Source of the DNA: Nostoc punctiforme PCC 73102
GTDB taxonomy: Bacteria; Cyanobacteriota; Cyanobacteriia; Cyanobacteriales; Nostocaceae
Reading direction: 5' to 3'
Length of the DNA stretch: 32,000 nt
Assembly (NCBI RefSeq): GCF_000020025.1
Contig: NC_010628.1
Coordinates: forward strand, 6,330,001 to 6,362,000
The translations under genes were made by a program, and so were the position numbers. Below the pieces are notes generated by a model. That model had not been told where the DNA came from. It did not search any database and saw only the letters and a program-made list of their open reading frames with translations. How positions within the stretch are numbered: position 1 is the stretch's first letter; the number at the start of each line of letters is the position of its first letter. Of this stretch, positions 18,400 to 25,951 are shown piece by piece.

Positions 18400-19668
18400 A
18401 TGAAAATCTTATTTTTACATCCAAATTTTCCTTCACAATTTCGCAATCTAGCGACAGTTTTAGGTAAAGATCCTAATTGCAAAGTCGTCTTTGGAACAAA
18501 TCGTCGTGAAGGCGAAATACCTGGCGTTTTTAAAGCTATTTACACTCCTTCTCGGGAAGCTGCTCCCCAAACCCACCATTACGTTCGCAACCTAGAAAAT
18601 GCTGTTATCACCGCGCAAGCTGTGTATCGCGTGTCGGAAAAACTAAAGGCTGAAGGTTTCGTTCCAGATATAGTTTATGGTCATTCTGGTTGGGGGCCGA
18701 CTTTATTTATGAAAGATGTTTTTCCCAAAGCAGAATTATTGTGTTATTTCGAGTGGTTTTATCACGCTCACGGTTCGGATGCAGATTTTGATCCCAATGA
18801 ACCGCTGAATGCTGATGATGAATGCCGCATCCGCGTAAAAAATGCACCGATTTTGACTGATTTATATAGCTGCGATCGCGGTCTTTCTCCCACTAATTGG
18901 CAGCGTCACCAGTTTCCCAAAGAATATCATAGCAAAATCACTGTACTTCATGATGGTATTGATACCAATTATTTTGTTCCCAAGCCAGACGCAAAGTTAG
19001 TTTTACCAAGAATAAATCTTGACCTTTCCTATGTCGAAGAGTTGGTAACTTATGTGGGACGGGGAATGGAACCTTATAGAGGATTTCCACAGTTTATGGA
19101 AACGGTGGCACTAATTCAACAGCGAAGACCTAAGTGTCATGTAGTAGTTGTGGGAGAAGATAGGGTGGCTTATGGGAAGAATCTCCCCGATGGTCAGACT
19201 TATAAACAATTAATGCTAGAAAAATTAAAATCATCTTTAGATTTATCAAGGCTGCACTTTACAGATAGACTACCTTACAATGAGTATCTTCAGGTTTTAC
19301 AAGCTTCTTCTGCTCATATTTATTTAACCCGTCCTTTTGTTTTATCCTGGTCAATGTTAGAAGTAATGGCAGCAGGATGTTTACTAATAGCTTCTAAGAC
19401 TCCGCCAGTATTGGAAGTGATAAAGGATGGGGTAAATGGACTGCTAGTAGATTTCTTTTCTCCCCAGGATATTGCTAATCGGGTTGAAGAGGCGCTGAAT
19501 CATCCTCAAGAGATGAAAAAAATTCGTGCGAATGCGCGAGAGACAATTCTGAAGCATTATGATTTAGCCAAGCTGTTACCACAGCATTTGCAATGGATGT
19601 TTGCTGGAAAAAATGCTAATAGTTTGAAAAAGCCCTCGATTTCTAAAGGATTTGGTAAAAGTCATTAG
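18400..19668 (+). CDS. Glycosyltransferase family 4 (GT-B, group 1)
   Basis: 422-aa ORF. The C-terminal half has the GT1/GT4 pattern (VTYVGRGMEPYRGF, HVVVVGEDRV, IYLTRPFVLSWSMLEVMAAGCLLIASKTPPVLEVIKDGVNGLLVDF). This includes the E-x7-E-like region. Confidence 0.85.
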   Translation: MKILFLHPNFPSQFRNLATVLGKDPNCKVVFGTNRREGEIPGVFKAIYTPSREAAPQTHHYVRNLENAVITAQAVYRVSEKLKAEGFVPDIVYGHSGWGPTLFMKDVFPKAELLCYFEWFYHAHGSDADFDPNEPLNADDECRIRVKNAPILTDLYSCDRGLSPTNWQRHQFPKEYHSKITVLHDGIDTNYFVPKPDAKLVLPRINLDLSYVEELVTYVGRGMEPYRGFPQFMETVALIQQRRPKCHVVVVGEDRVAYGKNLPDGQTYKQLMLEKLKSSLDLSRLHFTDRLPYNEYLQVLQASSAHIYLTRPFVLSWSMLEVMAAGCLLIASKTPPVLEVIKDGVNGLLVDFFSPQDIANRVEEALNHPQEMKKIRANARETILKHYDLAKLLPQHLQWMFAGKNANSLKKPSISKGFGKSH

Positions 19669-19817
19669 TCATTGGTCATTAGCCTTTTGCATAAATATTT
19701 TTTGCCTCAAGCAAAGGTGCAAATAGAAGCCTGAAAAGAACGACTTTTGTAAGAAGGATAATTAATTATTAGCTATCGATTAATACATAATAGCAAATGA
19801 GAAATGACAAATGACAG
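19661..19817. repeat. Heptamer repeat blocks in inverted orientation (GTCATTA GTCATTG GTCATTA ... CAAATGA GAAATGA CAAATGA)
   Basis: Three tandem GTCATTn heptamers lie at 19661-19684 and overlap the GT4 stop codon. Their approximate reverse complement lies at 19794-19817, just upstream of the next gene. A related pair occurs at 30594-30623. Confidence 0.6.
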
Positions 19818-19826
19818 ATATTTAAA

Positions 19827-20693
19827 ATGCGAATTATTTTTACCATTGCCCATTTTTTTAAACCTAGCGGTGACGGTCGTCATGCTTCCCAACGCAAAGA
19901 CCCACAACCCCGCTTGCAGGCGTTAACTAAAAGCCTTACTGCCTTACACGAATTATTTGGCAAATCTCAAAGTATCATCAATATTGCTCAACGAATAGCT
20001 TTCCCTGCGAATCAACCCCAGTCGCACGAACTAGATATTGTTATTTGCACAACCCAAGATAATCATATTCTGAATCAGCTTTCCTTACCATCCCATTTAT
20101 ATAAGCATCATTCTACTAATGTAGAACCTCTGCTTTTGGGGTTTGAATGCCAAGCTGTTCTGCAAAGTTGTCTTGGTAAGTATGATTACTATTGCTTCCT
20201 TGAAGATGACCTAATTATCTATGACCCTTGGTTTTTTATAAAATTAAATTGGTTTACCCAACAAGCGGGTGACTTAAACTTGCTCCAGCCAAATCGTTAT
20301 GAAGTTTCCCCCCACGGTTTGGTTCATAAAGCTTACATTGATGGAGATTTGGCTTTACGAGTAACTGCTCCCTTTCAAAATGTACAGGAGCAACAGGAAC
20401 TCAAGGGTACAATCATGAATGCACCAATTACCTTTCGTCGTGCCCTCAATCCTCACGCAGGCTGCTACTTTTTGAATGCAAATCAGATGGCTCAATGGGC
20501 TAGTCAATCCTATTTTCTCGACCGCGATATTAGTTTTGTTGGCTCTCTAGAAAGTGCTGCTACCTTGGGGATTATGAAGACATTTCGGATTTATAAAACT
20601 TCACCGGAGCAAGCAAGCTTTTTGGAGATTCAGCACTTTGGAACAGGATTTCTGGGGCTAATTGGAGGACAGGTGGGTTTAGCAAAGAATTAA
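19827..20693 (+). CDS. Uncharacterised protein, possible GT-A-like fold (EDD motif)
   Basis: 288-aa ORF 158 nt downstream of the GT4 gene on the same strand. The N-terminus is hydrophobic and strand-like (MRIIFTIAHFF). An acidic YYCFLEDDLIIYD motif (EDD at 20202-20210) resembles the DxD motif of GT-A enzymes. I recognise no named family. Confidence 0.6.
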   Translation: MRIIFTIAHFFKPSGDGRHASQRKDPQPRLQALTKSLTALHELFGKSQSIINIAQRIAFPANQPQSHELDIVICTTQDNHILNQLSLPSHLYKHHSTNVEPLLLGFECQAVLQSCLGKYDYYCFLEDDLIIYDPWFFIKLNWFTQQAGDLNLLQPNRYEVSPHGLVHKAYIDGDLALRVTAPFQNVQEQQELKGTIMNAPITFRRALNPHAGCYFLNANQMAQWASQSYFLDRDISFVGSLESAATLGIMKTFRIYKTSPEQASFLEIQHFGTGFLGLIGGQVGLAKN

Positions 20694-20930
20694 TATCAGT
20701 TCTTATAAGTAAGTGAGCATAAATAATTGTCGTTGAGATAAGGCAATAGGTATAAGGGTTTTAGCCTATTTCATTTTTGTTTACATAGTTTGATTTTATT
20801 GTGCCAACTTACTTATCAAAAAAATTAGCGATCGCTAATTCCTTCCCGACAATTTACCTTGAGAAGATGGTTACTATAGTTACAACTGTGAAAAAAGTAA
20901 CTTACCAGCCCAAGATTACCTATAATCTTT

Positions 20931-21695
20931 ATGACAAATACTATTTCAATTAACGATTCCCTGGTTCCTAATCCTCTACCGAAACCAGCAATCATTCGAC
21001 TAGAAAACATTTTCAAGATTTATGGTAGTGGCGAAACAGAGGTACGAGCGCTGAATGATGTCAACTTAATTGTGGAACAGGGCGAATATTGTGCAATCAT
21101 GGGCCCTTCCGGTTCTGGTAAATCCACAGCCATGAATATTATCGGGTGTTTAGACCGTCCGACAACCGGACATTATTACTTAGATAATCTTGATGTAGCC
21201 CAAATGGACGATCGCTCATTGGCGCATATCCGTAATAAAAAGCTGGGGTTTGTGTTTCAACAGTTCCACCTATTGCCCCAACTAACAGCGTTAGAAAATG
21301 TGATACTGCCAATGCTGTATGCTGGTGTGAATCCAAAAGAAAGAAGCGATCGCGCAATAGTTGCATTGACGCGAGTCGGTTTAGCAAATCGCCTCAACAA
21401 CAAACCAACTCAACTATCTGGTGGACAACAACAAAGAGTAGCGATCGCACGAGCCATTGTCAATCGTCCTGTAGTACTCCTAGCCGATGAACCCACAGGC
21501 GCACTTGATTCGCGCACAACCCAAGAAGTATTAGATATCTTTAGCGAACTCAATGCCAGTGGAATCACCGTTGTCATGGTGACACATGAGCCAGAAGTTG
21601 CCCGTCAAACCCAGCGCATCGTTTGGTTCCGCGATGGTCAAGTGGTACACTCCAATTTGACTCCATCTGACTTGAGTCAGTTGGCTGTCTCATAA
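20931..21695 (+). CDS. ABC transporter ATP-binding protein, MacB/LolD/DevA-like
   Basis: Walker [11 protein letters not shown]-loop FVFQQF, signature [14 protein letters not shown], Walker [13 protein letters not shown], and H-loop VTHE. Confidence 0.9.
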   Translation: MTNTISINDSLVPNPLPKPAIIRLENIFKIYGSGETEVRALNDVNLIVEQGEYCAIMGPSGSGKSTAMNIIGCLDRPTTGHYYLDNLDVAQMDDRSLAHIRNKKLGFVFQQFHLLPQLTALENVILPMLYAGVNPKERSDRAIVALTRVGLANRLNNKPTQLSGGQQQRVAIARAIVNRPVVLLADEPTGALDSRTTQEVLDIFSELNASGITVVMVTHEPEVARQTQRIVWFRDGQVVHSNLTPSDLSQLAVS

Positions 21696-21701
21696 GTTAT
21701 T

Positions 21702-21785
21702 AAAGTCCGCTTTCCTTCTCTAAGAGACGCTGTGCCAACGGAACGCTACGCGTAGCTTGCTTCACGGTAGAAGGAAGCGGACTTT
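21702..21785. repeat. Long inverted repeat between convergent genes
   Basis: The arms are AAAGTCCGCTTTCCTTCT (21702-21719) and AGAAGGAAGCGGACTTT (21769-21785), with one extra T in the left arm. The ~50-nt loop contains the 12-bp palindrome GCTACGCGTAGC. Confidence 0.55.
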
Positions 21786-21821
21786 GTTAGTGTAGCCGAG
21801 ACTTCTAGCCGCCAGACCCGA

Positions 21822-22352
21822 TTACAAACTCGACGTTTTTCCAGTTTCTGCTTGCGTTGCGATCGGCTTAACATCGGTGTAACCCACTTCACCAGCTATT
21901 GTCCGAAATACCGAAATTTGCTCGTCAAAATCTAGTTTTTCAATCTGGGAAACCAGATCGTTAATTGCCTTACTTGGCTCGTAGCTACCTGGTAAGTCAA
22001 CTACTTGATTCCCCATAGCTACCGCCCAAGCATACCAAACTAACAGCTGGTTGTTTTCTTTTATCGCCCCATAAGCACGGGAATATTCTGTATCTTTGCG
22101 GTTAACAATATCCCGCATAATATCTAGTTGTTGCTCATCTGATAATTCAAAAAAGTCTCCTAGCAGAAGAGGTGATAATTCTGGTTCAGCAGCAGCAGGA
22201 ACAGCTGGCGTAATAGAATCACCCATTTTTTTATAAACCAAATAGAACCAAGCTAATTTAGCATCGGTATCTAAATTGTTAAACGCATCCACCAATTTTT
22301 GAGTTTCATTGCTCTGGGCTTGAGAAATAGTTTTATCGTAACTTGCAGTCAT
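21822..22352 (-). CDS. Helical carotenoid protein (homolog of the orange carotenoid protein N-terminal domain)
   Basis: 176 aa. DAKLAWFYLVYKKMG aligns by eye with OCP DQLALIWFAYLEMG (the W41/Y44 region). NNQLLVWYAWAVAMG aligns with OCP KLGFWYRLGELM (the W110 region). The overall length and all-helical composition fit an isolated OCP N-terminal domain. Confidence 0.85.
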   Translation of the reverse strand: MTASYDKTISQAQSNETQKLVDAFNNLDTDAKLAWFYLVYKKMGDSITPAVPAAAEPELSPLLLGDFFELSDEQQLDIMRDIVNRKDTEYSRAYGAIKENNQLLVWYAWAVAMGNQVVDLPGSYEPSKAINDLVSQIEKLDFDEQISVFRTIAGEVGYTDVKPIATQAETGKTSSL

Positions 22353-22574
22353 AATTTTATTTCCAAAGAAATTTTACACGCTAAACTAAGGCTTACCAAA
22401 GTTTGAGCATCAGCTTCTACTATCGAGAGAAAGATTTATGTTAATTGCAAATTTCAGCTTTAATCTATCTTTTAATAGACGTAAAGTCTCTCCCCAGGGA
22501 GCATGAAAATAGCTAATTACCTTGCTATGCTTTTTCAAGTAAGCAATAAAAAATTTAACTTAAGGATTTTAATT

Positions 22575-22949
22575 ATGCCTGATGAAGTAAAGCCCAATGT
22601 TAATGAAGCTCCCACCCATGATGCTCAATTAGCTGCCGAAAACATCGCTAGTGGTGAAGAAAAAGCGCCAAAAGTGGATTTTGATGCTGATTATGCAGCA
22701 GCACAACAATTTAGCGTGAGTGAAGTTGATCGCACTGGTGAAGGTGCAGCAGCAGCCGAAGCAGCAACAGCACCTAAATATCAAACCTCTAAGCCAGAAG
22801 AGACAAAAATTGAAGCGCAGTCAACTGGTAATCCTGACGATTATGCAGAGTTAGCCAAGGAAGTTGGGAATTCTAGAACTGAAGGTGTAGCGAATGTCAG
22901 TGATGAACTAGTACAAAAAGCTTTGGAAAAGGGTCAACCGAAAAAGTAA
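22575..22949 (+). CDS. Acidic low-complexity (probably disordered) protein
   Basis: The ATG at 22575 has AAGGA 9 nt upstream. The product MPDEVKPNVNEAPTHDAQLAAENIASGEEKAPKVDFDADYAAAQQF... is rich in A/E/D/K and has no hydrophobic core. The track start at 22503 is less likely. Confidence 0.55.
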   Translation: MPDEVKPNVNEAPTHDAQLAAENIASGEEKAPKVDFDADYAAAQQFSVSEVDRTGEGAAAAEAATAPKYQTSKPEETKIEAQSTGNPDDYAELAKEVGNSRTEGVANVSDELVQKALEKGQPKK

Positions 22950-22989
22950 TTTTTCCTAATCCAATATTTAGACATCTGGTGAAAAATAA

Positions 22990-23018
22990 GTAGAGATGTA
23001 GCCTAGCTATGTCTCTAC
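22990..23018. repeat. Short dispersed palindromic repeat (GTAGAGA...TCTCTAC type)
   Basis: GTAGAGATGTAGCCTAGCTATGTCTCTAC lies between convergent genes. A degenerate relative, GTAGAGACATTCCATTGCAACATCTC, lies at 24865-24890. Confidence 0.5.
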
Positions 23019-23065
23019 AATGTTTATGGATAACGCATATTTAATTTATGGAAATATCTATATAA

Positions 23066-24649
23066 TTAATAACCATTCATCACTTCTAGCAGTTCGCTAG
23101 GTTGCTGAATCAAATAATCTGGATTTTGTTTAGCTAGTACTTCCGATGAGTTAAAGCCCCAAGCTACTGCAATTACTTGGATATTTGCTTTCTTTGATGC
23201 TTCGATATCTCTGGTTTCATCTCCAACATAAATAACTTCTTGAGGTTGGAGTTGATTTTGCCTTAATACATTATTGATTATGGTTGTTTTACCAAAAATC
23301 GTAATTCCTGAGTAAATAAAATCAAATAGGTGATTTAAATCATTGATTGTCAGGAATTGCGTAACATTGTCTTTAGAATTAGAAGTGATAATTCCCAGTT
23401 TATATCCTTTATTTTGCAGTTCTATTAATGCCTCTTTAATTCCCGGAATTGGCTTTAATTCTGGTATTTTGTTTTTTAATTCTCCTTTAACTTTTTTAAC
23501 TAGAAAAGGTATCTTAAATAGAGAAACTCCTGAGTACTTAATAATTTCCCTAGATGTTAAGTTTTTAAGTAGGGATAATTGCTCTGGGCTGATGTGTCTA
23601 TAACCAAAGTCTACAGCTAGACGATTGGCAATACTTACAAGGGCATCTACTGTATCAGCAATAGTGCCATCAAAATCAAAAATAATTACTTTCGGGGTCA
23701 TTATTTGCCTGGATGCGTCAAGATTAGCTAGGGCGTTGCGTCGTAACATTTCTGGCTTAATCCGCCGCAAGGCAGATGCTGGAAATCGTTTATTCCACTC
23801 CTGATCTGAGATTTGGGCTAATTCTAGCAGTTTGGGAGCAATATTCCCAGGATAAGGCTGAAACTCTGGAATATCAGTTGTACTAGCAAAACGTTGATTC
23901 CAAGGACAAACATCTTGGCAAATATCACAACCAGCAACCCAGCCTTGCAAATGGGATGTGAGTGTCTGTGGCAGTTTTTCGTCCCGATTTTCAATTGTAT
24001 GATAAGCGATGCAGCGATTAGCATCCACAATAAAAGGCTGAGTAATTGCACTTGTAGGACAAGCCTGAAGACAACGAGTACAGCTACCGCAGTGTTCTGT
24101 ATGCGGGCGATCGCTCTCTAGCTCCAAATTGGTCAAGACTTCTCCCAAAAATACCCAAGAGCCATATTCCCGTGTAATCACATTACCATTCTTGGCAATC
24201 CAACCAATTCCGGCAAGTTGAGCCAATACTTTATCTTGCACTGGACCAGTGTCTGCATAATAACGAACTCTTACACTTTCATCTAGTGATTCTAGCCATG
24301 TAGATAGCTGCTTGAGTTTTTTATGCATTACCTTGTGATAATCTCTTCCCCAACCATAACGGGAAATTTTGGCATATTCCTCGCCTTCTGGACGTTGATG
24401 TGGTGTGTAGTAATTTAGAGCCACACATACTAGCGATCGCGCTTCTGGCATCACTAAGCGAATATCTTGACGTTTTGGGTTAGCCATCCATTCCATATCG
24501 GCGTGATAACCCAGTTCAATCCATGCTTGTAACCTCTGCGCTTCTGTGGCATCTATGCTATCTACAGCAGCAATTCCAACTTTGTGAAAGCCCAACTCGC
24601 TGGCTTTTTCTTTCACCACACTACTGCTTGTTACAGAATACTGACTCAT
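23066..24649 (-). CDS. queG: Epoxyqueuosine reductase QueG fused in frame to a HAD-family phosphatase domain
   Basis: The N-terminal ~316 aa carry QueG hallmarks: ISRYGWGRDYH, HCGSCTRCLQACPTSAI, CIAYHTIE and GWVAGCDICQDVCPWN. The C-terminal 211 aa (23066-23701) carry HAD motifs: IIFDFDGTIADT, GIITSNS and VGDETRDIEA. There is no stop between the two parts. The ATG at 24649 (MSQYSV) is preferred to the TTG at 24682. Confidence 0.85.
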   Translation of the reverse strand: MSQYSVTSSSVVKEKASELGFHKVGIAAVDSIDATEAQRLQAWIELGYHADMEWMANPKRQDIRLVMPEARSLVCVALNYYTPHQRPEGEEYAKISRYGWGRDYHKVMHKKLKQLSTWLESLDESVRVRYYADTGPVQDKVLAQLAGIGWIAKNGNVITREYGSWVFLGEVLTNLELESDRPHTEHCGSCTRCLQACPTSAITQPFIVDANRCIAYHTIENRDEKLPQTLTSHLQGWVAGCDICQDVCPWNQRFASTTDIPEFQPYPGNIAPKLLELAQISDQEWNKRFPASALRRIKPEMLRRNALANLDASRQIMTPKVIIFDFDGTIADTVDALVSIANRLAVDFGYRHISPEQLSLLKNLTSREIIKYSGVSLFKIPFLVKKVKGELKNKIPELKPIPGIKEALIELQNKGYKLGIITSNSKDNVTQFLTINDLNHLFDFIYSGITIFGKTTIINNVLRQNQLQPQEVIYVGDETRDIEASKKANIQVIAVAWGFNSSEVLAKQNPDYLIQQPSELLEVMNGY

Positions 24650-24789
24650 TTTTTTATTTGGATTTTGCCTAAATAAAGGCAAATAAATTGTACATTACCT
24701 AGTCAATACCTTTGATGAATATTTGTTACCTTCCCTATGTATCAATTTTATCGAGAAAGGCAGAAGGCAAGAGGGTAGTATTCCTCTTA

Positions 24790-24845
24790 CCTCCTGCCTT
24801 CTGCCTCCTGCCTTCTGCCTCCTGCCTTCTGCCTCCTGCCTTCTT
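24790..24845. repeat. Tandem 14-bp repeat, 4 copies (CCTCCTGCCTTCTG)
   Basis: Three perfect copies are followed by one copy ending in TT. A partial reverse-complement copy (AGGCAGAAGGCAAGAGG) lies upstream at about 24758-24775. This repeat accounts for the spurious ORFs 24712-24915 and 24723-24971. Confidence 0.85.
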
Positions 24846-25006
24846 CAATTTTTGCAACACCAATGTAGAGACATTCCATTGCAACATCTCAACTTCCATC
24901 GTGAGGAAGATTTAGCAATATGGGGCAATCTATCTCAAAAGCAGCTTTCTTTTGAACGATTTTTGTATTGAAATGAATATTCAGTTAGCATAATACAGAG
25001 AATTTT

Positions 25007-25438
25007 ATGACTTCTGCTGAATTTATATCCCCAGCACAGTTGAAAGAAGAATTCCAGATTGAGGGAATTACAGAAACAAGCGTACTGCGTTATTTTCAAA
25101 CCTTAAATGCCGGAGAATTTGAGGCAACTGCTACCTTATTTGCGGTAGATGGTGTGATGCGTCCACCCTTTGAATCTGATATTGTGGGGACAGATGCGAT
25201 CGCAGCCTACTTAAAACAAGAAGGCCAAAATGTGAAAGTTTACCCCAACACGGCAATCGCCGAGACGTTAGAAACTGGTGAGATCCAAATTCAGGTAGCA
25301 GGCAAAGCCCAAACTTCCTGGTGTAGTGTGAATGTCTTGTGGCTATTTATCCTCAACCAACAACGGCAAATTTTCTATACTAGAATCAAACTTTTAGCTT
25401 CTCCCCAAGAGTTACTTTCTTTACGCCGTGAAAAGTAG
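25007..25438 (+). CDS. CTDH: homolog of the orange carotenoid protein C-terminal (NTF2-like) domain
   Basis: 143 aa. VLRYFQTLNAGEFEATATLFAVDGVMRPPFESDIVG aligns with OCP VLNYMDNLNANDFDTLIELFTSDGALQPPFQRPIVG. NVLWLFILNQQRQIFYTRIKLLASPQELL aligns with OCP NIAWRFLLNPEGKIFFVAIDLLASPKELL. The Tyr and Trp matching OCP Y201 and W288 are retained. Confidence 0.88.
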   Translation: MTSAEFISPAQLKEEFQIEGITETSVLRYFQTLNAGEFEATATLFAVDGVMRPPFESDIVGTDAIAAYLKQEGQNVKVYPNTAIAETLETGEIQIQVAGKAQTSWCSVNVLWLFILNQQRQIFYTRIKLLASPQELLSLRREK

Positions 25439-25522
25439 TAAATAAGTATAATTTTTGAGGAAATGTTTGATATTACCCAAAACAAAATCTAGGCATCAAA
25501 AATTCCTATAAATAACTTTTGT

Positions 25523-25948
25523 CTATTTAACTAATTCGGGTAAAGTAGCTTGTAATTTGAGACAGTTTGCACCATCAATCTGCAACTCATAGTCTACTTT
25601 ATCCATCAGACGATTCATAATCAGCCAACCATAACCACCTTCTTGTTTTTCCAGAGGGTTGGGAGCGTAGTAGTTAGACATATCAAAGCCTTCGCCGTAG
25701 TCCCAAACTTCTAAGGCCAGATCCCGGTCTTTGACTTCCAAACGCAGTAAAATTGGTAAATTTGGTTTGTCCTTGTGGGCATGACGGACTGCATTTGAGT
25801 AAGCTTCTACCAAAGCCAATCTCAAACGACTTGATTGCCGTGACCAATCCACAGATTCTCCTAGCTGAATTTTCAAACATCCCAGTAACCAGTTTTCGAC
25901 AATATTCAGAAAATTCAAGTCACTTGGTACATGAAGCTCACTTTTCAT
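25523..25948 (-). CDS. RsbW/SpoIIAB-like anti-sigma-type serine kinase (HATPase_c)
   Basis: N-box region LALVEAYSNAVRHAH and G-box GGYGWLIMNRLMD. The ATG at 25948 lies 3 nt after the upstream gene's TAA (TAAGTGATG), with a GGAG 13 nt upstream. Confidence 0.8.
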   Translation of the reverse strand: MKSELHVPSDLNFLNIVENWLLGCLKIQLGESVDWSRQSSRLRLALVEAYSNAVRHAHKDKPNLPILLRLEVKDRDLALEVWDYGEGFDMSNYYAPNPLEKQEGGYGWLIMNRLMDKVDYELQIDGANCLKLQATLPELVK

Positions 25949-25951
25949 CAC

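Noticed and set aside
20825-21387. Minus-strand ORFs 20825-21016 and 21139-21387
   Set aside because: They overlap or are antisense to the ABC ATPase gene.
23343-24121. ORFs 23343-23603, 23824-24051 and 23894-24121
   Set aside because: They lie within the queG-HAD gene in other frames or antisense.
24790-24845. Possible CRISPR-like array
   Set aside because: The repeats are only 14 bp, directly abutting with no spacers, and there are no cas genes. This is a simple tandem repeat.
24712-24971. ORFs 24712-24915 and 24723-24971 (LLPPAFCLLPSASCLLPPAF)
   Set aside because: Their length comes from reading through the 14-bp tandem repeat. They show low complexity and no start context.
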